Positions 20,606 to 34,454 of a stretch of DNA of 64,000 bases are shown here, piece after piece. The first letter of the stretch is position 1. Each line of letters starts with the position of its first letter. Origin of the DNA: Isurus oxyrinchus (Eukaryota); NCBI GenBank assembly GCA_026770705.1, contig JANJGN010000026.1, positions 28,148,001 through 28,212,000 of the forward strand, in the 5' to 3' direction. A program made the position numbers and the translations under genes. The notes beneath the pieces were generated by a model. It was given only the letters and a program-made list of their open reading frames with translations, made no database searches and was not told the DNA's origin.

Positions 20606-23514
20606 ACCTTACACATCCCCAACAGAATGGAATCAGATATTTACAATAGGTTATTGTTAAAAGTGGACATTTTATCTGTATCGGGATAGTTGGCTGAATG
20701 GATTCATTGTAATGTCTCCATTGACTCTAATGGCGAAATTCCAGTTGAGCATCTGTTAATAAAAATATAATTCCATTGAAAATTAAGCCCATTTATTTCT
20801 ACACCACTTCACAAAGCGTTGAACCAAAACAACTAGATTATATTATCAGGGAATAAAGGGACTCTCAGTCTGTTTTGCAGCCGCTCCGGGTCTCTATCTC
20901 ATTACCACAATAAAGTGTCATCAATCATAGGAATTATTATTGATTTATGTAACTAAATGAGGGGGTTAACAAAGTGATTCTATTTACAGTGTGGGTGGCT
21001 ATCGCTGTACAATTTGGGTCCGGAGATAAGAAAAATCTCCTCACATTATACAATGTCTCTCATTGCATTTCTCGAACTGCCCCTGACCCTATGACAGCCC
21101 TGTGAAAATTAGCTGTAAAAGAAGCCCGCCTGCCTGATAATTAAACAGTGAGTTTACACAGAAACGTAAAATTTACATCGACTTTTGACAGAGAAGTTAA
21201 TGAATCAGAACGGACACGGAGATCAGCAAAGTTATCCTTCAGCATCCAAATCATTGCAGCTAATTCTATTGGCCACAGGCTGTATACCATTCACTGGTAT
21301 TGGGAACACAGGATATAAAGACTTTGCGGCATATTACACAAAATCACAAGAATAAATGTTTTATCTTCCACTGAAGCAAGTCATGAACTGATCATTTCTC
21401 CACTCATTGGCAGCTATGAGAGGGATTGTTCAATAATCGAAATCAGCACAAATTAAACTGTACAGTTCACGGTGCTAATGAGGTATAAGAGATCCCTCAG
21501 GTTAAATGAGGTGCACAACTGGGAGAATATTCAAGGAATTCCTGTGGGTTCAAGACAATTCTATGATTTTCTTTTAATTTAATTTCTTTTTTTTGCCGTT
21601 CTACTCAACTCATTAATCTGGGGGATTGGGACCATCAACATCGCTCTCTCGCACTTCATGAAGTTCTTAATAAACCGGCTTTAATAACTGGAATGTCCTT
21701 TACTTAGAAATAATATAAATTAAATAGTATACGGCCAATTTCCTGATCGTGTTTAACCTCAGCGAACATGGCATTCATTAAAATATTTCCTTAGATGAAA
21801 TGCCATTTAAAATGTGTCCTTCGTGTGCGACAGAAACATTTATTGTTTGAATGGCTAAATTCCATTTTGTTCATTCACATCCAGGCTAATCTGCCCCACA
21901 CAGTATTTGGCAGCAAGCCAGCCGGCTGCAGTCAGGGACGCTCGAATGCCTAATGTTGTTTACAGGAATTATCTGCGGGTTTGTGCAGTAAATGAAAGAT
22001 GTTTCCTCAGTACTGACCGCTTGGCTGCAAGCCAACTTCAAACCCTTAACATTGTCAACAAGGCCTATTCATAACAAATCTACCCAGCAACAACACTGGA
22101 GTCAGCTTTATTTGTTAAGTTGTGAACCTATGTGAACTGTGCCCAGCTGTCAGGAAAGAAAAGTTATCCAGCTTCTCTGACACCCTGTCAGCATCAATGG
22201 CTCATTGGAGGATCTCTCCAACACATCATAATATTGTGATGGATGGATGGATGCAAAGAATTACAGGCAGATTATCAGAGATGACTCAGAGAGAGGGTAC
22301 ATTTTGTTACAGTCAAACATATAAATCTGTGTGATTTTTTTTGCCCCTTTACTCTTTCACGCGATGTGGGAGTCACTGGCAAGGCCATAATTTGTTGCTT
22401 CTCCCTAATTGCCTTTGAACTGAGTCATTGCTGAGCCATTTCAGAGGGCAGTTAGAGTCCACCATATTGCTGTGGACCTAGAGTCACATGTAGGCCAGAC
22501 TAGGTCCAGTGACAGATTTCCTTTCCTAAAGGACATTAATGAACCAGATTAATTTTGTCCACATTCGATGATAGCTTCATGGTTCCCTTCACTGAGACCA
22601 GTTTTCAATTCCACGTTTATTGTTGAATTTAAATTCCACCAGTTGCCATGGCGGGATTTGAATTCGTGTCCCCAGGAGAATAGCTTGGGTCTCTAGATTG
22701 CTGGTCCAGTGACATTAATAAAACACCACAGTCTGCCAAAGAATGGAGAGATGGCTGCAGTGATGCGGGAATGAATCATAGTTGATGCCTGAACATTTTG
22801 ATGAAGGGATCAGTGAATGAATTGATCGATGGATTGATAGGCGCGTCTAGAAGATACTGTTTTACCTTCTCATCTTAATGCTTGACAGCTTCAAACCTTG
22901 AAGCAGGTCCAGTATTTCATTTGTGTCAGTCTAATACCTTCAAACCCTCCAGATTTTCTGGATGTATTCCATCCCCAGGGTATCGAGCTGAACGTCACCA
23001 AGAGAAGGTTGGAGATATCCCTGCGATACTGATGATTCTTTCCTGCTGATGGGGAATCATCATCTTTCAGACAGAAAGCAGGTACATAATTCTGTTTAGG
23101 ATGGAGGATTGTAATATTTGGAACATGTGGTCCTTTCATGTAAAACAAAGCATTCAACATATCCTCACCCAAATTAGCGAAGGTAACAGACATTACTCAC
23201 TGGAGAGCCGCATTAAGTTACAGTCAGGTCCAAGTAGTTTTATTTATACCATCACTTTACAAATCCTCACACACTCCAGTTATATATCAAGAGTTTCTGT
23301 CTGATGAAGAGGTCAATACTTGTCAATAAAGCGCAGAGGCTGCTGGGTTATTACCCTCGGTCTGATTTAATTCCATTTCCCACTGAATTCTGGGACAGAT
23401 ATGATTCCTTGCTGACAGAATGGTCAATGCGATGTCAATCAATATTAATGATATTAAATGAATCACAATTACATTTTGTATGGAATAAAATGATGAAAAT
23501 GATTGGTTCATGCA

Positions 23515-23850
23515 ATTATTAATCTTTGTGAATGGATGATAATTGCTGATTAAAATTAGTTGCCTTGTGAATTGATAGTGGTTGGTGAATATAATTAGTT
23601 ATTTTTGTGGATTGATGATAATTGGTGAATTTAATTATTTATCTTTGTGAATTGATGTTAATTGGTGAACATCATTATTTATCTTTGTGAATTGATGATA
23701 TTTGGAGAATATCATTATTTATCTTTGTGAATGGATGCCAATTGGTGAATACATTTATTTATCTTTGTGAATTGGTGATAATTCTTGAAGCTAATTATTT
23801 ACCTTCGTGAGTTGATAATAATTGGTGTTGATAATTATTTATCTTTCTCA
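23515..23850. repeat. 40-bp AT-rich minisatellite (about 8 units)
   Basis: ATCTTTGTGA recurs at 23641, 23681, 23721 and 23761. Confidence 0.9.
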
Positions 23851-26480
23851 GCCTTTACGACCATCTTCTTCTCTGCTGAAAGATAAGATCCGTTCCACAG
23901 GAGGTGAATAATGCAAAAATCACCACACTATATGAAAACAAAGCCGACAGGTGAGACTGCAACAACTACGGGGATATCTCACTCATAGAGTCACGGGGAA
24001 GGCCTTTGCTTGGGTCATGCTTTAAGGACTTCATCTGGTTGCAGGCTGAAGCACATGTGATGTTTTTATTGGAAGCTATACTCTGGACATGATTTGCTCC
24101 ACACACTGGACACCATCAGCAGAACAGGACTCTACAAAGTTTTTGGGAAAATTGGCTGTTCACCAAAGCGCCTCAGTCTCATTCACTCCTTCCATGACAA
24201 CATTCACTGTACTGTACAGATTGATGATTCCACTTCCGACAGATTCAGAGTGAAGAATGGAGTGAAACAGACCTGTGTCCAATCCCCACTCTGTTGGGCA
24301 CCTTCTCAATGCTGCTGATCTTTGTCTTCCCTGTAAATATGGAAGGAGTTGACTTACGCTCGATCAGACCACAAGCTCCACAATCTATAAGACTGAAAAC
24401 GAAAACATAAACACATTGAATCTTGATCAGAGAATTCCTCCACGCTGATAACCCTGTCATCAAAATGGAAACTCATCCACAAAGACTGATGAACTGATTG
24501 TCCCGTGCCTGTAACCTGTTCCCCCTGACTATAACCATGGAGAAAACCGTGGTCATGGGATAAGGTGTTGCATTTCCATCATTGATCACACTAAATAACA
24601 AACGGATGGAAGTGAATTCTGCTGCCTGGGTTCCATGGTGATAGGCAGCCTGTTCCTTGCTGCAGAACCTGATACTCGTATGGGGAAAGCAGCTGCCACC
24701 TTTGGCTGACTCATGAAATGCCCCTGGAATAACATCAGATATAAAAACAAAAAAGTGCGGATGCTGGAAATCCAAAACACAAAATAAAAAATACCTGGAA
24801 AAACTCAGCAGGTCCGGCAACATTGGCGGAGAAGAGTACAGTTGATGTTTCGAGTCCTCATGACCCTTCAACAGAACTAAGTAAAAATAAGAGAGGGGTG
24901 AAATATAAGCTGGTTTAAAGAGTGGGGGTGGGTGGTGGGGCAAAGGTGGGGCGGGGTGGTGGTTGTTGGGACAAGCAAGCAGTGATAGGAGGAGATAACC
25001 AAAAGATGTCACCGACAAAAGAACAAAGAGGTGTTGAAGGTCGTGATGTTATCTAAAAGAATGTGCTAATTATGAATGAGCGGTCACCCACTCTGCGTTT
25101 GGTCTCTCCGCTTTGCAGAACACCTTTGGTCTGTTGGCAAGCATAACCTAGACCTTCCTGTCACTTGCCATTTTAACACTCCACCCTGCTCTCTTGCCCA
25201 CATGTCCGTCCTTGGCTTGCTGCATTGTTCCAGTGAAGCTCAACACAAACTGGAGGAACAGCACCTCATCTTCTAACTTGGAACTTTACAGCCTTCCGGA
25301 CTGCATATTGAATTCAACAGTTTTAGATCTTAAACTCCCTCCTCCATCCCCACCCCCTTTCCGTTTCTTCCCCCTCCTCTTTGTTTTTTCCAATAATTTA
25401 TATAGATTTTTCTTTTCCCACCTATTTCCATTATTTTTAATGTATTCCACCAATAATTTATCTACACCTTTTATGCCCTTTTAGTCTTATTTCATCCCAC
25501 CCCCATTAAAGCTACCTTGCTTGTCCTGCCATCCATTCTTAATTAGCACATTCTTTTAGATAATATCACCACCTTCAATACCTCTTTGTTCTTTTGTCTG
25601 TGACATCTTTTGGTTATCTCCTTCTATCACTGCTTGCTTGTCCCAACAACCACCCACCTCTCTTTCCCCCACCCCCTTAAACCAGCTTATATTTCACCCC
25701 TCTCCTATTTTTACTTTGTTCTGTTGAAGGGTCATGAGGACGCGAAATGTCAACTGTACTCTTCTCCGCCGATGCTGCCAGACCTGCTGAGTTTTTCCAG
25801 GTAGTTTTTATTTTTTGTCCTGGAATAACATCAATCTGGCCCTTAGGACCAAGCTGATCGTTTATAAGGCCTGCGTTCTCAGCACCTTTCTCTATGGCTG
25901 TGAAACATGGGCGAATTACAGTTATCAAGAAAAGAAGCTCCACAAATTCCATCTTCACTGCCTGCTGCGCATTTTGGGTATGTACTGGCTGGATAAAGTC
26001 ATGAATGCAGTGGTACTGTCAAAGGCACAGCTCCCAAAACCGCAGAACTCATCAAACAGAAGCGGTTTTTGTGGTTTGGGAACGTTCACAGGATGGAAGA
26101 TGGTCACATAGACAAGGACTTTCTGTATGGTGAGGGAGCCAGAGGCAGACAACCAGCTCAAAGCTCCGCTTCAAGGATGCTTGAAGTGAAGGCCCTAAAT
26201 ATCGATTATCACAACTGAGTGTAACTAACTGACAACTGAGGAAAATGGCGACACCTCCTGTGGGTTGGCGTGAACCACCACGATGACTAGTGGCTACAGT
26301 GGCTTGGTAATCCACCGGAAAATGGGAAAAAAGAAGCCACAACTACTTTATCTAGCTTCATGTGCAACACTTGTGGCAGAACCTGCCTCACAATAATTGG
26401 CCTCCTTAGCATTCAGCACATCGGAAATGGGTTTGTTTCCATTGTGTGTCTGTGACCTTTCATAGATGGAAGGTTGTCCA
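23850..26480 (+). mobile_element. Decayed RTE-clade LINE RT region, interrupted by a Penelope insert
   Basis: KITTLYENK...DCNNY, LYKVFGKIGCSPK..SLIHSFHD, GVKQ, LRTKLIVYKACVLSTFLYGCETW. Confidence 0.8.
24738..25818. mobile_element. Penelope-like insertion with inverted terminal arms and 15-bp TSD
   Basis: CCTGGAATAACATCA at 24723-24737 and 25819-25833; arms about 24741-25075 and 25535-25815 are inverted; GIY-YIG C-terminus (RFAEHL..PVTCHFN) in the centre. Confidence 0.88.
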
Positions 26481-28084
26481 AGATCTTCGTGAAATTCAGT
26501 TGTAAACAATGTGATTTGCTTCTCCCTGTCTCTCCCTCTCCCTCACACACAGACAGACCAGGATGGCATCTTGTGCTTCAACTTAAGATCACATCTTGGC
26601 TTCCTGGGAGGCTCCATAACCCTTAACGATTGAAGAAAATGACCCTGACTGTCTTTCAAGTGGTATCATGAACCAATAAACTTCCCAACACTACGTTTGT
26701 TGAGGTGGATATTAACGCTCCCATGGTCTCTGTACAGCTCCCTGGTCAACATCCCTCCCTTTGATCAAGATGAACAAAGTGACATCGCCAGGAATTGGGC
26801 CGCTTTACTCTGGTGCTGAGTTTAACGTGCGCTAATCAACCACGTTCATCTGCAATTAGTTGAAATTTGTTAAATTTTGACACCTCCCGCAGAAGGCGAT
26901 GTGGTATTACATCTGGGGAAGTGGATTCTTGATGCAATAATGTCAAAGATCTAACCTGACAGTGACATTTCACGGTAGCTGCAATTGCAAAGTGTGGCCA
27001 GCGGATGAATTTGAAATCTTGATGAACACATTCTATGAAGCAGCCATTCTCTCAATTAATACTGCACTGGGCCCCCTCTCTGTCTTTTTAAATTGGACTC
27101 CATCTATTTTTATGTTAAACCAAACACTGTCTCTCTTTATATTTCAAAGTACCCTGTTTCAATTAATACTGCACCAGTCAACACCAATATTTATATTACA
27201 CAGTCTGGAAGTTCCCAATTCAAACCAGATCGGATTTACCTCTGCAGTCCTGTCACATCCAGTCATAAATTGTGGTAGACAAGTAAACAAATAACTGGAG
27301 AATGGATCTCCACAAAGTTGTGGGTCTGAAGTTATATGTATGGGAGGTGGTGATGTGCTGGTATTCTCACTGGGCTAGTAAATTGCTGGGGATCTGGGTT
27401 TGAATCCTACCACGGCAGATGGTGAAATTTGAATCGAAAAATCTAATGATGACCATGAAACCATTGTCGTAAAAACCCAGCCTAACAAGCCACACTGTTC
27501 TCAAGGGGGCAATTAGGGATGGACAATAAATGCTGGCCTAACCAGCGTCGGCCCCATTCTCATGAACGAACAAAAAAAAATTAGTCCAGACTGGGTAAGG
27601 GCGGCAGGTGTCCTTCTCTACAGGACATCGGTGAACCAGATGGATGTTTAATATAATCGATTATAGTTTCATGGTCACCATTATTGAGATGAGCTTTCAA
27701 TTCCAGATTTATTAATCGAATTTGGATTCCATGTGCTGCCATAACGGGATTCAAACTCCTATCCCCAGGGAAAAGGCCTGGATCTCTGGGTTACTGACCC
27801 AGTGACGTTCCCACTGCACGAACGCCCCTCCAATGGTATACAAGATCCTGGTTCGATTATTAATTCCCTGAGCACTACTTTATTTCTATTATGCTGGATC
27901 AGGCCTCTGTTTGTATTAAAATAGACCCGATCTTATTAATGTTCCACTGGAAGCCATCTCAGTTTGTATTGCACTAGATTCTTGCTCTGTTTATATTACA
28001 CTAGGCCCTGTCTCTGTTTATGTTATATTAAATCTTGACTATGTCTACATTATAGTGGTCATTGTAACTACGGCACTAGGTTAT

Positions 28085-28210
28085 GTTTCTGATGAAGAGT
28101 CATATGGACTCGAAACATTAACTCTGTTTCTCTCTCCACAGATGCTGAGTTTGTCCAGCATTTTCTGTCTTTATTTCAGATTTCCAGCATTTGTAGCATT
28201 TTGCTTTTAT
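28085..28210 (+). mobile_element. Short Penelope-derived terminal repeat
   Basis: CTGATGAAGAGTCATATGGACTCGAAAC...CCACAGATGCTG...CCAGCATTTTCTG. Confidence 0.75.
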
Positions 28211-28459
28211 CTATGCCTCTGTTTAAATTATGGCTGATTACTCAATGTTTCTGTGAGATGGAGAGATACTATTATAAATAAAGACGTTAGGCTAGAAATC
28301 TATATCTGGCAGTAGCCTGAAAGGACGGTATCAGATCAGCCGTATATGCTACGCAGCACTTAATATTCATTTTCAGTGCAGTCAGTAGAATTAGATTTCA
28401 GATAAATCTTCTTCTCCGGCGCCAAAGGCCAATTTCCCACCTATGGACTGGTATGTGTA

Positions 28460-30890
28460 GGAGGATGCAGGGCATGGTGTTCACATGTGCTTGTTGCCAT
28501 TGGTATTCTGGGAGGTGGAGGTCACAGGTATGGAAGGTGTTGTTGAAGAGGGCTTGGCGAGTTGCTGCAGTGCATCTTGTGGATGACACACACTGCAGCC
28601 ACTGTGTATCAGTGGCGAAGGGAGTGAATGTTTAATTCCTGGATGAGGAGCCTATCAAGGGATTGATTTCCCCTGGGTTGGTGTGGAGATTCTTGAGAGT
28701 TGCTGCAGTTACATTCGTCAAGGAAAGTAAACAATTTCCAACAGGCATCTAACTTGCAGATTTGCAGATGGTGGAAAGGCTTTGGGTGTCCGGAGCTGAG
28801 TTATTCACCACAGGATTTCCAGCCTCTGACCTACTCTTGTAGCCACAGTATTTATATGGCTGGTCCAGTTCAATGGCACCTGCACAACGTTGATGGTGGG
28901 TTTCAGCGACGGTAATGTCTTTTGAACGTCAAGGGGAGATTTTTGGTTTCTTTATTGTTGGAGTTGGTCATTGCCTGGCACTTGTGTGTTGCTTATATCA
29001 CTTGCAACTTATCAGCGCAAACTTGTCCAGTTCGAGATGCAATAAGTAAGGATGGTTTCATTATCTGAGAGGTCATAAATGAAACTGAACTCTGTGCAAA
29101 TATGAGCGAACATCCCCACTCCTGACCCAGTGATGAAGGGAAGGTCATTGATCAAGCTGCTGAAGATGGTTGGACCAAAGGCACTTCTCTGAGAGACTCC
29201 TGGAACGATGTCCTGGTGCTGAGATGATTGGTCTCCAACAAAATGATATCTTCATGTGTGCTAGGTGTGACTTCAGCCAGTGGTGAGACTTGCCCCTGAT
29301 TCCCGTTGACCTGACTCTTTCCAAGGCTTCCTGATGCCACACTCAGTTAATTGCTACTTTGACATCAAGCACTGAAGCATTCATACATCATGTCTGGAAG
29401 TTCGCTCTCTTGTCCATGTTCAGACCAAGTTTACAATGAGCTTTGATGCTGGCTGATCCGGGTGGATCCAGTCTGAGCTTTGGTGAGCATGTCGGTGACA
29501 CCTTCAGTCACTTTACTGATGATTGAGAGGAGACTGATTGAGCTGCGAGGGGACAGACCTGATCTGTTGTCCATTACGTACAGTGTTCTAGCTTCACACT
29601 ATGGTTCATTATTTTCAGGTACACCTGGTCTTGCTTCTGACCTGCTGTTCTTCATTCCTCATTGTTCCCAGGCTGGAAGTTAGATTTAGAGGCTCATAGA
29701 CATTTACAGCACAGATGGAGGCCATTCGGCCCATCGTTTCCGCCCCCGGTAAACAAAGATCTGACTACATTAATCCCATTTTCCCGCTCTTGGCCCACAG
29801 CCCTGAAGGCTATAGCACCTTAAACATTTAAATCCTTCTTAAATGTTACTAGAGTTTCTGACTCAACCAGCCTTTCAGGCAGTGAGGTCCAAATTCCCAC
29901 CACACTCTGGGTGAAAACGATTCTCCTCAACTCCCTTCTTAACCTTCTACCTCTTATCTAAAATCTCTGCTCTCTGGTTTTTGACCCCTCTACTAATGGA
30001 AAAGGTGCCTTCCTATCCACCCTATCTATGCCCCTCAGCACCCCCTCAACCAGCGTTGCTCCAAGGAGGACAACCCCAGCCTATCCAATCTTTCATCATA
30101 GCTCAGACCCTCCAGTCCACACAGCATTCTGGTAAATCTCCTCTGCGGTCTCTCCAGTGCAGTCACATACTTCCGAGAAATGTGGTGACTAGAACTGCAT
30201 GCAGTGCTCCAGTTGTGGCCTAACCAACGTTTTATACAGTTCCAACATAACCTCCCTGCTCTTGTGTTCTATGCCTCAGCCAATAAAGGCAAGTAACCCA
30301 TATGCCTTCTTAACCACCTCATCAACCTGCTCTGCTACCTTCAGGAATCTGTGGATGGGCACACTAATGTTTGAGTGAGGGATATTCTGGTCCATGAGAT
30401 TACAGGGTGTGATTGAATGCAACTATCCTGCTGTTATTGACCAACAGTATCTCATTGATGCTAAGTTTTGAGCTGCTAGATCTGTTCTGAATGTATCCCG
30501 TTTAGCACAGCGGCAGTGCCACACAACACAATGGACAATGTGTTCAGTGTGAATTCTTGCCTTGGTTTTCGCAAGGACAGTGCAGGTGTCAATCTCACCA
30601 AATGGATAGTGTGATGGGCTGGGGATTAGGTAAGGTTTTCCCTCATGTTGGCTCTCTAACCATCTGTGGCAGGTCCATTCTGGCAGATACGTCATTCAGG
30701 ACTCATCCAGCTCCAGCATTCGTGGTCTTGTCAAATGGTAATCGATTTTGCAAATTCACAGCACATCCATTGCGCTTGCTACCCTCAGTGTTACTTCCAC
30801 GCAGTGCTAAAGATGAAGGAGTACAGATTCATCAGCTGAGGGAGGGCAATAGGTGGTAATCACCAGGAGGTATCTCCACCCAGATCTTAT
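28460..30890 (-). mobile_element. Decayed LINE (family of 15385-15745) with a nested CR1 at about 29695-30365
   Basis: WHQEALERVRSTGIRGKSHHWLKSHL RT motif; CR1 3' UTR begins at about 29695. Confidence 0.7.
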
Positions 30891-30919
30891 CTGGTTCTGT
30901 GGGACTTCAATATGGTGTC

Positions 30920-32240
30920 AATATTGCTGCACTCCACCGTGTCTCTTCATATTATACTGGGCCTGTCTCATTGTCACTGCTCTCGTCCATGTTTCTGTTT
31001 CTGTCTCAGTTATTGCTGCTCTCCACCATGTCTCTGTTCATATTTTACTGGGCCTGTCTCTTTGTTACTGTTCTAGTCCATGTTTCTGTTTCTGTAACAT
31101 TAGGTCCTGTCTCAGTTATTTATGTAATTGCCCTCTGTTTATATTACATTAGTATATTCCCTTACTTTATTGCACTAGACCCTGGAAATAGGAGTTAAAT
31201 GGTTTAATTTAAACAGCTGCAAGATAAGAGATGTCTGCAGAGCATGAACACAAATCTGGGATGCAGGGAGGACAAGTCATAACATCTAAATAGGCCCCCA
31301 TGTTAATTGTTCCCACCATCTTCTTGCCTTATCTTTACTATTTCCACCCCAGCCAAATTGCACTTGTGCAGTGCAGTAATAACTGAGGCAGGGTCTAATG
31401 TAATTTAAATACAGATATGATCTAGCACAGAACTGAGACAGCATCTACTGAAATACAGAGACAGTTCTAGTTTAATATATATAGAGACAGGTCAATTATA
31501 ATATAAACTAAGACAGGGCCTTGTTTAATAGAAGCAAAGACAGGGTCTAGAGTAATACAAACAGAAACAGGGTCCAGTGTAATATAAGTAGAGACAGGGT
31601 CCAGTGTATTATAAACATACAGGGCCCAGTTTAATATAAACAGGGGCAGGGCCTAGTGCAATATAAACAGAGACCGGATCTAATGTAATATAAACAGAGA
31701 CAGCTTATAGTGCAAAATAAACAGAGACATATCGAGTATAATATTAACAGAGACATGCCCAGTGTAATCTAAACAGCAACATATCAAATGTAATACAAAC
31801 AGGGGCAGAACCTAGTATAATATAAACAGAGATAGCGTTTAATGTAATGTAAACCGAGACAGGGATCAGTGCAACATAAACGGAAACAGGGTCTAGTGTA
31901 ATATAAACCAAGGCAGGGTCTAGTGCAATATAAACAGAGACAGCATCTCATGCAATATAAACAGAGGCATGTTGAATATAAAAGAGACATGTTGAGTGTC
32001 ATATAAACAGGGACAGGGCCTAGTGCAATATAAACAGAGACATCGTCTAGTGCAATATAAACAGAGATATGTTGAGTATAATATAAACAGAGACATGTCG
32101 AATGTAATATAAACAGAGACAGGGTCTAGTGTAATACAAACAGAGACAGAGTTGACTGTAATATAAACAGAGACAGGGTCAGGTCTGTGTAATATAAACA
32201 GGGACAGGGTCACGGTCAAATGCAAAATTGAGACAGGGTC
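30920..32240. repeat. 27-bp satellite, with an orientation flip at about 31190-31370
   Basis: AGAGACAGGGTCTAGTGTAATATAAAC monomers at 31370-32240; opposite orientation at 30920-31185. Confidence 0.9.
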
Positions 32241-32244
32241 TATT

Positions 32245-33210
32245 GTCCTATCAAACACTCCCAGGACAGGTGCAGCATGGGGGTAGGCACAGAATTTAAA
32301 GCTCTAATTACATTGTCACATTGAACACTCCCAGGGAAGATGCAGCACGGGTTAGAGAGAGGGAAACTCCCTCGACACTGTCACCATGAAACACTCCCAG
32401 GGCAGATGCAGCATGGGTTAGATACGGTTAGACACAGTCTAGTGTAATGCAGAGACAAGACCCACGGCTCTATCAAACAGCCCCAGGGCAGGTGTAGCAT
32501 GGGGCTACATTAATAATGTAAGGTTCTCTCTACATTGCCACATGAAAAACTCCCAAAGCAGGCAAAGCACGGGTTAGATTCAGGGTGAATCTCCCTCTAC
32601 ACTGTCGCCATCAAACATTCCCAGGGCAGGTACAACACCATTCAAATACAGGGTAAAACTTCCTCTACATTGTTCGCTCACAGTCAAGGCATGTAGGGTA
32701 AGGATTCTATGCAGTGTAAAGTTTCCTCTGCACTGTTCCATCAGACATTTCCCAGGCAGCTCGGCACTGGGGGCAGGTAAAGAGGAAAGCTGCCTTTGCA
32801 CCTTCACATCAGGCATCCCCAGGGCTTAGATATGGGGTAAATCTTCCTTTACACTGTCTCATCAAACACAGCCATGTCAAATACAGCATGGTTTAGATGC
32901 GGAGTAAAGCTCTCTCTAACCTGTCCTATCAATTACTTCCAGGTCAGGTATAGCACAGTTTAGATACAGAGTAAATCTCCCTCTACACAATCGTATCAAA
33001 CACTCACAGGACAGTCACAGTGCAAGTTAGGTGCATCAGACACTCCAAAGGCAGGAACAGCACGAGTTAGATACAGGCAAAGATCCTTCAGCACAGCCAC
33101 ATCAAATCTTCGCTACTGGCTGCAACACAGGTTAGGCACAGAGTAAAGTTTCACCTCAAGCACTCTCAGGTCAGTGAATGCTCAAAACAGATTTAGAGTA
33201 AAGTTCCCTC
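32245..33210. repeat. ~65-bp tandem satellite (degenerate)
   Basis: CACTCCCAGGACAGGT.CAGCACGGGTTAGATACAGAGTAAA.CTCCCTCTACACTGTC.CATCAAA units; a single reversed unit near 7935-7995. Confidence 0.88.
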
Positions 33211-34454
33211 TATGCATTCTAATCCATTTAATTAGATCCATTTAGTTTGAAGTGTATGAATCGGGCTGAGAGAATACATTGGCTAGACATTGACTTCATG
33301 TTGTGGAGTAAACACAGTGACACATGGTGGAGAGACAAGGCAAAGAACCAGAGAGGAGAAAGGGACAAAGAGAGAGAGGATACAGGAAATCTTACAAATA
33401 CATTTGCCGTGACATTATATTTCATGATAAGTGGGAATCTTTCTTAATTCTGAAGATATATATCATCGTGACATAATTCTCATATAACTGATTTTAAAAA
33501 TGCCCAAAAACAATTGCTACTGAAATCGGCTGATGTATTTGCATGTTTGACTCTATGTCTGTGCTGTGTTAGAGGGGAAATATTTGCTGTGTTTTTGTGT
33601 CTCCAGAATCTAATCTGGGACTTCTATTTCTGTGTTTATTTACATAAACGCCTCACTGATTTCAATGAAATGTTCATGGCAGCAAAACCAGGTAAACACA
33701 GACACTTATTGATTGGTTTTAACTCAAAACAAGGTTTTATTTTAAGAATATTGACAGTTGGTACAAAATTAATCGAAACGTCTTCAACATCCATTAGAAC
33801 AGTTGCTATTTATTTCAAACAATTAAAGATACATTTCAATTAATAATTCAGTTCTGAAAGTTCTACTATCTCAATCAATGAAGAATCTTTGAACAGGCTG
33901 AATGTCAATTTGTTGGACGATTTAACTCATTTAAACCGGACAATTTAAAGCAGCTGCCGGAGGAGCAACCTATAATCATATTAATCTCAGAGTTTTCAAC
34001 ATGTCACAACTAGCATTTTAAAATGTTAACATTTAGGAAAAATTTGCACTTATAGAACGTTGCTTACGACCCCATGTCTTAAAGCCCTTGAAATTCATTG
34101 ATGTACATTTGTTGAAGTTTAGTCACTGCGGTACTGTTGGAAATCTATCTGGTGTGTGAGTTGTGCACAGCAAGCTCCCACGAATAGAGCTGTGAAAAAT
34201 GACGAGATAATGTGATTTTAGTTGAAGAATGAATATTGGTGTCGGATAGTAGGGAGAAGAGTCCTGCTCTATAGCTTAGTACCAAGGGAGATTTTTTCAC
34301 CTGTCATCGGCCTGAAAGCCTGACATGTTTCTTTGTCTACTGATGCCCACTGACCTACTGAGTGGATATTTTTTGCCCTGCTTTAGATTTCCCGAACCCG
34401 CGGTATTTTGCAGGGTTTTAATTCGTGCTTGAGATATGAGCATCAATGGTGAAG

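Larger units (their letters stand above)
21361..27280 (-). pseudogene. Eroded Ig-superfamily-like exon array, copy A (pieces 26560-27050, 23355-23411, 22835-23176, 21899-21976, 21361-21518)
   Basis: Most pieces are collinear with 53655-60270 in inverted orientation; C1-like motifs PNITILHP..AFCL..D.SP, LKV...K*NTG....V.H, VHLI*P...YSLIC..DY and IAANEWRNDQFMTC; many stops and frameshifts. Confidence 0.5.

Noticed and set aside
22835-23176. Purifying selection between copies A and B
   Set aside because: A hand count shows no third-position excess (19/13/16), and both copies have stops and frameshifts
31370-33210. Regular repeats as a CRISPR array
   Set aside because: Head-to-tail degenerate units without unique spacers, in eukaryotic DNA
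33270-33330. Secretory-tail-like HVSLCLLHNMKS on the minus strand
   Set aside because: Too short, lacks the Asn sequon and terminal Cys, and has no adjacent C exon
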